From contig CM120648.1 of assembly GCA_051362555.1 (NCBI GenBank), positions 473,721 through 537,720 of the forward strand: a DNA stretch of 64,000 nucleotides, written 5' to 3'. A program made the position numbers and the translations under genes. This document shows positions 27,722-40,500 of this stretch, piece by piece. The stretch is from Lingula anatina. Its lineage: Eukaryota > Animalia > Brachiopoda. The notes under the pieces were generated by a model that had not been told where the DNA came from, ran no database searches, and was given only the letters and a program-made list of their open reading frames with translations. Every line of letters starts with the position of its first letter. The first letter of the stretch is position 1.

Positions 27722-28147
27722 TCATCCAGTCTTTTCAAACCTCCGAAATATCGAGAATAAAATGAAAGACATAAACGACAGCGTCACCATACCGTACGCT
27801 ATGTAAATTTTCACATCCATGCACACAAAGTTCGAGTACGCAAACAGTGCTGCGTACGTGGCGTACAAGGAGTTCCTGCAAACTACAAATACTGGCCACT
27901 TTTCTTCTGGAAACATGTGTCCAGTGAAAGCTGGAATTAAATATGATAAAGATGTATAAGTCCTTCAACTAACAACAGGTATTTAAACAATGAACATTGG
28001 ATTGGAATCGGTTTGAATCGCACCCTTAATCGGGTCCGGTAATTTGTTAACGTAGTAGGCATATATGTCTAAAACACTGATCCTGCCTCTCCTTGGCTAT
28101 ATATCTTGTGTCAGAATGGGCAAAAATTTGGTCTAAAAGTTAAGCCA

Positions 28148-28178
<31 letters not shown>

Positions 28179-29816
28179 CTATAGCCGTTATGTGATATAG
28201 CACTGTAGCATAACCAGAGAAGCCCCAGAAACCCTACCTAAAGACTGCGTCATCCAGACCGAGTCCGCCAATCCCCAGGCGAACGGCACCAAGAAGTAAT
28301 ACTCCATTGTGGTGAAGTTTGCCTCAAAGTACAACATGGTGGTCAGGCAGCCAATGTTACAGCACGCCGCCACCACATACATCACTGTCCAGTTGACAAA
28401 CTTGACCAAACGCCCAGTGACCAATGACCCCACGATCTGTCCGGAGCCAAAACACACCATAGACCAACCATTGTATTGTATCCCAATCTCACAGCTTACA
28501 AAACCCTAGAATAAAATGACATTGAAGACATCAAATAATTGAACGTAATGTTCTGTTTTATCTGTTTTATTTGTGTTTGGTTTCATATTTTTTTTCATTT
28601 TGCCCCATAAAAGACTTGCCAGTGTACCTTAGTAAACTCTGTCATCATAAACTGCTGTTCCAGACCAATCATCATGAATATCGGTATCAACAAAACAAGT
28701 TTTCTCTTGAACATCAAGTGTCCAACTTTGCCACAGAAAGCTCTGGCGCCGTGAAGGGAATCGCCGGTAGTCGCTGGGATGTTCTTCAGGAAGAAAAGGG
28801 TCGTCAAAAACGCCACTGCCACCATTCCTAGAAACACGCCCAGCAGGATGTATACAATGTATTGTTCTGGTTGACGAAGATAAGTCCCCGATGTATCTTC
28901 CCACGGGCAAAAAGACGGTCCGCAGAGTTCACTTAGATTTGCCAGCACAGACACGTTGTATTCTATAGGTTTAATAAGCACCAGGGATGACAACGTATTG
29001 CTGATGACGCCATCAAACATGAAGATGGAGTAGAAGATCCCATTAAACAGACCCATCACAGACTCCTGGGGCTGCTTTGTGAGGTCAGAATACCGTAACG
29101 CTAACGTTGTGACGTAAACAGCGTTTGTGATCATGGTTTGGGCATGACCTGGAAGACATTAATTATGAAATTTGCCACTTTAAAAAAAAAGGAAACAATT
29201 ACCTAAAATAGTCTGTTTCAGTTTTATTTAGTGCAAGGGGGGGGGGGGCGGCGGCTTTGGATAGTCGTTCAGTGAACTGTTTATGAATATGATATACCTT
29301 GTTGATTGAGGAAAATTGATTAAGTTTTTTAGAGAATTATATTTCTAATATGTGATGGTATAATACGCACTGCGTGCCTTTAAAGCCTTTCTTGACTGAC
29401 AATAATATAAGCTTGGCTTACAACTTACCAATACCCACAAAAAATGCAACAGGTACCAAGAGATACGCCTGGGGGTAGAAGTGGGCCGCCACGAACAGAA
29501 ACTGCCCACCCCAACCGAACAAAATAGTCCCTTTGGCTCCAAATTTCCGCGTAATCACGGGCGCAGTCACAAACGAGATCAGGGTCCCGCTGTAGTGGGC
29601 CGTCAAGGCGTACATGCCTATCTCTGGGTTCAGTATTCCATCAAGACTGAGAAGAGCTGCCAGCGGAGATACGCCTAACATGTGCACCACGGAGAGAATT
29701 AGGAGCTGAGCGACCTGGGTCCATTTTGAGCCCTTAACTGGGTCTGCAGGTGTGGGGAGAAGAGGCGTTCTCTCGGAAAAGTCGGTCTTTTCCACGTACG
29801 CATCATCCGGCGGCAT
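27722..29816 (-). CDS. UNC93A-like major facilitator superfamily membrane protein, 4 exons
   Basis: Exons ~29449-29816, ~28628-29148, ~28238-28506, 27722-27930. UNC-93 features: YVTTLALRY, FNGIFYSIF..ISNTLSSLVL, CGPSFCP, LLIPIFMMIGLEQQFMMTEFTKGFVSCEIG, WGLADSVWMTQ. Confidence 0.85.
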
Positions 29817-29977
29817 GGTCCTCTCTGACAGTTAGTCGGTCAGCTTACGACTGTTGTATTTACTCTGAGTAAGAGTAAACACTCGATATCTCTGAAGACG
29901 GTGTAGGGCCTACATGTATATGCAGTTTATAGAGCGACATCAACAACCGAGTGGCTAATATAACATGTCTGTCTACC

Positions 29978-30231
29978 GAGGGTGCGTTCCCAATGAAACT
30001 ATCGTACTAGGTAGATGGACCCAACGCTTCGGGGACTCTTGCTGAATACAGTCACATTAACTGAATGACACTAGTCTTTTAACAGCAAGGGGGTGATTAA
30101 CGTCCGTGTGAGCTCGGCTTCCGGAAGATGTTTCACTTCGTTTTGCGTTTGACCAAATTGCATATAACAGGAGTCTCCACGGAGTTGGATCGATCTACCT
30201 AGTGCGGTAGTTTCACTGGAAACGCACCCTC
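29978..30231. mobile_element. MITE with ~48-bp TIRs (PIF/Harbinger-like GGGTGCGTT ends)
   Basis: gagggtgcgttcccaatgaaactatcgtactaggtagatggacccaac vs gttggatcgatctacctagtgcggtagtttcactggaaacgcaccctc; TSD not clean. Confidence 0.7.
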
Positions 30232-31532
30232 ACACTGATAGACTTACTTTTAATCTTTTACACTATCGCCGGCGACATGGAGATATTTGTTCAGCGATGA
30301 CGTAAGACTTGAAGTGGCATTTCTCTGTCCTTCATCTTCAAGTCCGTTTTATTAACTATTATCACCATGGACTGCCAACAGAACTAAAGATAAGCTTTAA
30401 AATGACGATCTTAAATAAACGCAATACATATTTGCGTTATTTGACTATTAATTGTATTAACTAACAGGGCACGTTTCCGTATAGGAAAAAAAAAAGCTCG
30501 ATAGGCAGTATAATAAGACGATAATAAAATAATTAATTTTCTTTGAAATCCCAGCAATTTTTCCTTTATCAACAAGGTACACCTTATGCTAAGGTTTGCT
30601 ATATAAACATATTTGCATTTTAGAATGACGTTAAAGAAAACCGTCCTGTATTGATGCAGCTTGACCATAAACAGTTTCAATTTTTGGTTACAATACCGCG
30701 TCTAAAACAACAACAACAATAATAATAATAAACTTATCAGCGCCATTTCTTCAATATCATCAGTAAGAAAATATCCCTGTACCATGTAATTTTTCAGGAA
30801 TTTATTTATTTGTGAAATACATCTCCGGATGCACCGTAAGGACGCTTTCACTCCAGTAATCATGTTCTTTTTTCTTTATTTTAAAATATTATAATTCTCA
30901 TCAAAAAATCATTTCCACCTCATACAAGCTTTATCTCTGTTATCCATAAGTCAATGCAGAAAAAGATAAATAACCAAATAAATAAAAATCAAAGGACAAA
31001 TACTAAAAAAGACAAATCTGCTGATTTAATACTGTTATAAAAATTCGATTAGAAACTTTTATAAAACTGTATAAATCTCTGACCACATGCAGACATAAAA
31101 TAAATGTTTCAATGAATAACTCTATTTGGTTTGAAAATATTATAAAGGTGGCTTTTTTTCCCACACCAATTCAGTATACTGCTTACTGACATCAAAGGCA
31201 GGACTTTGTCATTCACAATGTTTTGAACATTTAAAACTACATGCTCTCCTACATCTGCCTTTTTAATAAAATACTCATGGAAATAAAATGAGTAAAACTT
31301 CTCATATATTCCACCTGAGAGTGGGACGCGTTATTCTCAAGCATTTTCTAAAATAGTTTGCAAACACAATATCATCTATATACAACTCCTATGTCCCTAC
31401 AATTCTTCATAAATGTACATTAAATTGAATGGCATAATTCCTCAACTTCTCAAAGGGATTGGGCTTCTAAAATCATTCTATAATTTCTCTTATTAAGCTG
31501 CCATTACAAGCACGTTTTGCCAGCAACGCCCC

Positions 31533-34500
31533 CTATTGGCCACTACCACCACCAAAGTTTGCAGCCAATCGTCTTGTTTTCTTCGGGTGCTTTGGCTTGC
31601 CTGAAGACTGCTCTTGTGGCTTAATATTTTTCTGCTCAGGGGAAGAGTCTGATTTTTTATTGACTTGAGCACCAGTGGGGCTACTCTTTGACTTAGCACC
31701 GCCTTGTGGTTCTGGGGTCTTGGGTTGAGAATGCTGCCCTGTGTCCCCAGCAGTTGAGGTTGCGTCACTTACTGATACATCTGTTGCTTTTTCTGTTATT
31801 TTGCTGTCGTCATCTTGATGTTCTTTTCTTCCTGTCCCTGTTTGTGGTTTATGTGGAGTAGTTTGCTTTCTGGTTACCTGAAATGTATATTTAAAACATG
31901 CATTTATAAAAGAGCCAATAAAATAAACTGATAGAAACCTAAAATACTGCATGATAAAAAGTATTTTTCAGGTAAAAGTGCAGTACTGGGTGCAACAATG
32001 CATATGAAGAAAAACCAAGAATGTTTTATACATAAAAATGAGGATATCCAAAAGAAAGAAAAATGGAGACAGAAAAAAATTTCCAACAACAAATAATCAT
32101 ATTCATAAATATTGCATGACAAACTCTCAGCTTATCTACCAACCTGCAACGGCACAAAAGGATTCTTTTTGGCTCCTTCCTCTTTATGTCTAGTTTCTTT
32201 TTGTGGAGTTCCCTGTTCCACAAATTGCCCCTCGGGCCTATCATTCCACAGCGCCCACTGGTGAGGAGAAACTTGCCTACCCTGCCCCCTGTTCTGGTCA
32301 AACTGCTGCCCCCTATATTGCTGCTGCTGTCCTCTATTGTGCTGTTGCTGCATGTGTTGGTGCTGCCCCCTATTATTTTGTTGATGCCCCATAAATGGCT
32401 GCACTCCCCCAGGGTATGGCTGCTGCATACCAGGGTTTGGGCCTGGGACCCTGTGGGGTGGCTGGCCCTGATATGGAGGGGGTGGGGGTCCCTTAGGTAG
32501 GAGACCTGGGGGCAGGGGACCCACTGGCACGACACCTGGTGGGAATGCCATAGGACCTGGAATAACAAAAAATATTGGAGACAAATGTTAAAAAATCCTT
32601 TCAATATAAGTACCATAGTGACTGTCTTACAAAAATTATTTTAAAAAATTATCAGGATAACATCTTTACTAAAAGTTTCAAAACACTGACTACATATTCT
32701 TAACTTTCTTGGCTTGTGAAAGAAAATTATTTGTAGCCATTATTAATATTTTTGAAAAGTGCATAGCCACCATCAATGAGGCAATGACAGCAGAGGGATG
32801 TACAAACAAGTACAAACACAGTCTACAAAAGATAAACTTTCCTTGTACTCCAGTAAACAGAGGTCTGACAGGTGTGAAGGCAGAGTTTGGAGACAGCTGA
32901 ATACCTCCAGGACCATGCACCTGTTGTCTCCTGGACGGGTTTGTCTGAAACAAAGATTGATTTTATTTTGAACTAAATTCTATGTCCCACACTGACAGTC
33001 ATATTTTTAAAATAACTTCAACCAATATGAAAGCAGAAATTTATCTGATATATCTTTTTCTTAATCATCCAAATTTTTTGTTCATAACAGATATCAGATT
33101 TTTTTTTAATTAAATTTATTTGACTTTTCAGACATAACTATTTGATGAGTATTTAGATATTATTACAAATGGGCTAGTTTTACATCATTTGGCAGTTTAA
33201 TTGTAATAATGTTAATGGATAAATCTTTATTCATTTGTCTTGGTCTATCTCGGAGAAAATTGTACATCAGACCAAGAGGTGCTGCCCTCTTTTGTGAGAG
33301 TTGGGATGAAGGGCGTCTGCTTTATGGTGGAGCCTCCTGATATGACTTGAGGCTAATTTTGTTTTGGTTTTGAAAATTGGTTTCTTTTACAAATAACATT
33401 GAAGTGAACCCTATAAACTCAGCTGAAATTGATTTTTCCTTTGGTGCAAAGTTTGTCATTAACTGACATGTAAGCAAACAAATGTTATTCATTATAAATT
33501 ATTAATACATGTTCATTGATTACATATCTGACGACAAAAATATCTACACAGCAATGTAAATAAATATAAAATGAATCAATACCAACACTGCACTGAAAGG
33601 TGCATTTCTGATGGTACCAAAGATTAATCAATATACACAGAAAAAAGGAGTGTACAAATAAGAGAAGAAGGCAATCACATCAGATGAGAGAAATATTCAG
33701 GTTTGTTTCATAAATTATAAGTGCTTTATGTGTTTTATATGACTTAAAAACAGACTGGACAACTACATATATCCAAACAAGGTCATTATGAAGAAAAGCT
33801 TTTGGAAATCACATCCAAACAGTCACTGTAGAAGCAACATCAGACTTCATGACATGAAATGCAATCCATAAATTGGAAAACTAAAACACGTTTGGAAAGA
33901 AGCTGCTGAGAGGATAACATTTGCTTTACATTTAACATCTCGGTGAAATCGCTCAAGTTAACTGCAAAGATGGATGCCTGTCAGAGTCCCCACACCATAA
34001 TGGAGAAATTTATCCATGACTTCCTCACATGTGACATATGCCAAGAAGAAATGATGGAGACTCGAGTGTTGCCTTGTCAGCACTTCTTCTGCCTTCTCTG
34101 TATTCAAAATATAGCAAAGGGAAAGACGAGGTTCCCATGCCCAAAGTGTAGAGCTATTGTGCACTTACCCAAAGAAGGAGCTAAAGCCTTGCCAGTGCAT
34201 ATAATGACCGAGAGAGCCAAAGAATTTTTAAAGGAGTTTGGACATGACGCCACAGGGCCCTTACAATGTGATTTCCACCCAGAGGAAAAACTCAACATCT
34301 TCTGTAAAGACGACAACTCTTTACTCTGTGGACTCTGCCTAGTGACAGGACACAATGGACACAATGTTGTTGTCCTGAAGGATGAAGCAGAAGAAAAAAG
34401 AAAACTTTTAGAGAAACTTATTGAGGATGTTGATCTCCTGCAAAGACAAACAGATGAAGAAGACAAGCTTACACGACTGGAGGGTTTAATACTGAAAGCT

Positions 34501-37500
34501 AAAAGAAACCAAAAAGCCACTATCCAAGCCAGGGCTGCTATGCTAAAGAAAGCCATCGACGAATGTTGTGAGGAGTTGTGTGGGGACGTAGACAACATTC
34601 ACTCCGAAAATCTCCATCACATCCAACGATCAAAGTCAATAATTGCACAGTATAAAGAAGAAGCAAGGAAAACGAGAGAAGATGCACAGACCCTGCTAAA
34701 CCAGGAATCTGACGGTCTCCTCATCATACAAGCCTCTTCATTAGGGGATTCAAACTTGTGTTTGAAACCAAGAGCAGAAATCTTCATCCCCAGCATGACA
34801 GATCGGATAACTCTACCTGAGACCTGTGAGAGTTCCGCCATAGGGAATTTGTTTGGGCATCTTACAACAGAGAAAATGGAGATATGCAATTTAGAAACCA
34901 TGAGTCAAGAAGATCAAGATGGATATCCTGAGGATTCTGATCCTGAGCCAGATGAGATAGTGGTGATAACAGACCATGAGGAAGAGGAAGAAGAAGATGA
35001 AGAGGATGAAGAAGAGGAAGAGTGGGAGCGCATGCTGAGAAGTTCTGTCCCAAATCTGCATCCCTCTCAAAAATGATATTTTTGACTCCTAAAAAGTCAG
35101 AAATCTGCCGATATTCAAAAAATCTCATTTCTGTTGTATTGAGGTTTAGAATACTCACCAACTGCAACAAGGCGATACTGGCGGCACTTTCCCTGGCAAC
35201 ATCCTGGGACTTGCACTTTGACCCCTGGAACCTCCTGCCATTGGACAGAGTAATCCAGGCCACAACCTCATCCTAGGAAGAAAAATATTCCTAAGTTAAA
35301 TATAAACTAGTACAGATCATCATAACATATTATCAAGTCACATGTTATCATTACAAAATTACTATGATTAAGCTATTTTATCTACAGGCAAAAGGAATCA
35401 AATAAAGCTATTAAGATCAAATTTTTTCACATTCAGTTTCAGGTAACACCAGGGGCTTTAAAATTCACAGAGGTATTTACAATAAAACTTGATTCTTTCA
35501 TTTATTTGTAATATCTAAATTGAAATACGTAACACTACCAATAAACGTAATTTGCAAACACACTTGGTTTTGTTTTGTTGTCAATTTAAAATGGCAGTAG
35601 CTCTAGAAAAGCATAATTCTGCTTACCCCAACTGGTTGGAAGTCATATGTGGGAAGTTTGAGGTTCATGGAGTGACACCACTCGTTCAGTCTGGAAATGA
35701 GATTTTAAGATACATCTTAGCTTAGACTGTAGCTCTCTCTCTCTCTCTCTCACCACGTGTGCACAAACACACACTCCCTTTTGCACTCTCTCTATCTCAC
35801 ACACATTCTCTCTTTCACACTATTTCTCTCTCTCTCTCACACACACACACATAGAAACAACCTCATCTCTCTCTCAAACAAATTTACCATATTCTGCAGC
35901 AATATCACCTAAATTTGACCAGTACAGGTTTTTATGAAAGAAGCAAAATCCCATCTTACAGCAAAAGTGAATATGTAACCCAGGTATCTGTAACAATGTA
36001 TCTCTTATAAATGTTACCTCTGCTGCTGGTGGGACTGCTGCTGCTGCTGCTGTTGATGTTGTTGAAGTTGTTGTTGTTGATGTTGTGATCTCTTCTGTTG
36101 TTTTGTGTTTCTGCTCCCTTGGTGCTGCTGTTGCTGCTTACTGTATAACTGTTGTTGTTTTACACCTAATATGGAATAGTAGTTATGACACATGATTTAG
36201 AAATTATCTACAGCTAAAAATGCATTTCATCTAGAAGCTGATGTAGTTAAAATGAACATTTTCATTCACTAAACAATTGCATTCAACTGCAAAGTTTCAC
36301 TTACTTCTGGTCATCAGAATGCTTCACCCTTTTAAAAACAGCGATATTTGCAGTATTTTGTCATTACCATATTTCTGTTTTACTCAATCAAAGTTTCTGG
36401 TCGAGTGAAAAACAAAAAGGGGTCAACTGTTATAATGACAACTTAAATAAGAGAGCTGTTTTTATCAAAGGTATATTACCCATGAAGAGCTCATCCACTG
36501 AGACCTGTCTCCCATACAAAGGGGGTCCACCTTGCTGTGGATGGCTGATATCCTGAGGAGCCTGGCTGATACCCTGGGGAGCCTGGCTGACACCCTGGGG
36601 TGCCTGGCTGATACCCTGGTGGACTTGACCTGATTCTTGGCCTGGTTGACCTAGTTTTAATATCTGCTTCAAAGCTTTGTCAGCCTCTGATGTCTCCTCC
36701 TGGATATGGTAGAAATTATATGCACTGATGCAGTCCTGTGTTAAGTTCATAATCAATGTTGTCGTTTTAGGGTTAGCTTACAGCTGATAATTTTACAGAG
36801 GTAACCCTTTTTTTCTGTCCAATAATTATTTTAAGTAACAGTCATCTGTATGTTCTCAATTATTTTTTCTAACCAAACATATAACTGATTTTAGTAACTT
36901 GAAATCTGAATGCCAAAAATCTACGTTTATATTCCTATTATGACAATTGTTACAATTAACTCCTCATGGCAGCACCTGTCAAATATTTCCCCAACTCACC
37001 TCCGCCTGCACCAACATGGCCCCTTTCTCCATCTGTCCCGCCTCTACCGTCAGCTGCTTCATCAAAGCTGCAAACTCCTCATTAACCGACTGACTTCCTG
37101 GGGCAGTCGCAGCCTCAGTGTGGGACATCTGGTTCGCACCAAATAAATCAGCAACGTCTATTCGCTGCATTGGTGAATTCGACACCTGGAATTCCTCAGG
37201 TTTTTTCAAGATGGTGATGTTCTTTGCCTTTGACCCCTTGTTTTGACCTTGACCTTCAGAAGTCGTCTGCATTGGAAGTTTGGCAGTGCTCAGTGCAGCG
37301 GCAGCTTGCTGCAGTGAAGGGATTTCTTGATTCTGATTGGATGGTTTTGATGTCAGATTCGTGTTACTGCTATCAGCAGACACAGTAGTGCTGGAAGACT
37401 TGGACAGAGAAGGTTTTGATGTCTGATTTTGTTTTTTATTCATACTTTCTGTACTGTCTGTTGCTCCACCTATTGCTGCTTTCTGGAGTTGCTGCCATAT

Positions 37501-40500
37501 ATCACTGAACTCACTGCCTTCAGATTCAGGCTAGAAATATAAGTACCAGAGATAAAGACAAAATCCCAAGAACAAATACTGCAAGTTAGTAGTAGCCTTC
37601 AACTTAACAGAAAAGTTCCACTGAATAACTACCTTAACTAATTCACAGACCACAAAAAAAATAAGATTGGTATAATTAAGTTGGAGATTTCTTGTCTCTC
37701 AGACATAGAGAAACATCTGAGCTGTTACATTTACATTCTGAGCATGTGCAACTGCCATATACTCTTAAATTTACCTTTTTATTCTTCTGGGGTGGTTTCT
37801 GTTTAGGTTGTTGTTGTTGTGGGTTGTGTCCACTGCCATGTCTAGTGGTCATCTTTGGAGTGTAGAAGTGACCAGTGCCCCCAGACATGAACTGGTCACT
37901 TGGTGTACTCTTCTGAGAGTTGGGGCTGTCTTGATGCTGGGAACATAATTTTTTTTAAAGTGAAGGATCAGCACATCTTAATCTAACATTATAAAATGCT
38001 AAAAGCATAAATTTATATGACACTCTTAAAAACAGTGAAAACTATATTGAAAGTGTTACAAATCTAGACTATCAGAGAGACTCATTTAAGAGACTCATTT
38101 ATGGCATCGTCAGTTCAGGTTCAATCTAAGATAATTCAAAGTTTTTTTTTTGCTACAACACTGTTCAAATAAAATTTTCTGAGAAGTGACTTCTGAAAGA
38201 CCCTACCTGCATGAAAACTTTAACTTCTTTGTTCTGTCTAAAACCCCCACCATTTTCGGCCTTGTTGCTACCCTTCCCAGCAAGCTCTGAGTACAACTTC
38301 CTGTTGCGCTCAGGTCCCCCCACACTATGGTCAGAGGTTTGTGGCTTCACCACTGCGGTAGGTTTGGGCTGCCCCAGTTTACTGTAGTCCTTCCACTCCT
38401 TCCTGTCTCCATAGGAAAGGTTGATCATGGCGTAAGCAGGCAGACGATAGCCTCTGTTTGGGGTGCATCTGGAGAAGAAATGGTAATGGAAACAGTTAAT
38501 TTTTCTAAATCATCTTTTATTCTTTAAAATGAAGATGTTTTCAAAGCCAGAGAATATCTTATGGTTTTCCCTACTGAGTACCAGGATAAAATAAGAACCT
38601 CACCAAAGTCCTCAGTCAAGTATATTTTTAAATGCTGATTGTTAAATTAAATTTAAAATTTGCACATATTTGGATTCATTATTTATTTATATTTGTTTAC
38701 ATTTAAAGAAGATATGAAATCTGAAATGTAAACTAACACACTTTTAAAAGTTATTATTTAAACTGACAATTTTGTAATAGCATGTATTCAGATACGCATT
38801 TAGTTGGAAAACAATATTTTATTGTGTATTCTTTCAAAACTTTCTCTCTGACACTTTTTCATCTCTATACCTCCCCAAAATCTCAGACTCCATCTCTCTC
38901 TCTCTCTCTCTCTCTCTTGCTCTCTCTCAGTAGTGGTAAGTATTATACCTTATTGTGAGTCCATTGACAATCTCCTCATCAAAGACAACATCATACGTGA
39001 TATCATGTTCCTTCTCCATAGAGTTCACTCCAATGATGGTGCCTCGGAGACCCACGGGGACTGAGTATCCCTCGCGGACGTTCACAATCCTGTCAAACAT
39101 TTCATAGGTGGCACTTTTGTCAGGGATTACTGTGCCTTGGGCATCCATTGGCTAAAATAATGTCAACAATGATCACTCACAGCTAATCAGAAACAAAAAG
39201 AGAACAAAAAATACATTCTTCTTTGCCCAATGTGATTTCAATGAAAATGCTGTGAATCATATTTTAAAGATATAAAGTCAAATATAATGGAATTAAAAAA
39301 TAATTAATTTCTAAATTTATCAAAATTGAGAACATAAAGGTGACTGTTGAATGTCAATTCATCATACACAAAAAAGCTATAATGCAAATATGTATGTAAG
39401 CAAAATGTGATAAGTCAGTGCTTGATCTAAGACTTATAAAAATAACCTAATATGAAACAATTTTGTTCTGAAGAGCAGACAAGCTGCTATTGTTGTTTCC
39501 AATGAGTCTTACCCTAAAAAGGAGATGTGGGCGAACCTGCATCTTGGTTCTCTTTTTCTTCTTGGCATTCAGGGCCTACAATAAGATAAAACTTTATTTT
39601 AGTAACTGCAGTGACTGATCAATAATTGCTGTGGAGTTCTCATCTTGGATTTGCAAATATATAAAATAAGCTTTATTTTTAATATTCTGTTCCATATGTT
39701 AAGGCACAATCTCTCCTTTGTTTTGATTCTACCAAGCCAAATTCTGAAAAAAAAAAAATTAAAGAAGAGAAGCAGAAATGGAAACATGCAAGTAACTTCT
39801 AAAAATAAAACTTACAGGAGGAAACAAGGACTAATTTAAAATCAAAATTTCTTATGTTCTAAAAAAAATAATGAATGAAAATTATAACTTAGACCAGACA
39901 CTAAAGTACAGATGGCATGAGCTTCAACATTTTGCCTCATCAACTTCATCAGGCAACTGAACTAACTGGCACAACAACATAGATCAAAATCTTCAGGTTA
40001 GATTCCTATAACCTTACCTTCACAAGCTCCACCTCTTTCTCAATCTCAGCTATCACCTGTTCATCCAGGAAACTGCTGCCTATGGCTACAGGGGGGACGT
40101 CAGCACACGGTAGTTTCTTGAGAAATTGTTGCACTTCCTCCAAACTCTCTCCGCTGTAATAAAATGGAGACAGTGAACTGATCACTCTTAACAACACACA
40201 ACAGTTGTACATGCAGTAAACAATATATATTTTTATACCATATTTCAGTGGCATCTTGCCCTATCAAGAGCAGTGTAACAGCACTCTCATGGAAATCCTA
40301 GTCAACTTAAGCCAGGGAACTGACTTAAATTTTCCCTGGACAAAATATATCACTATTCAGGTGAAATTTATGTATCTTTTGAACAATTTGCAAACAGTGG
40401 AAATAAGGTATATTTAGCTAAAACAAACACCCCATTTTACAAGAGCAGACTTCAATTATTATATCCCCTGGGAACATTTACAAAGTTTTTAACAATAATA

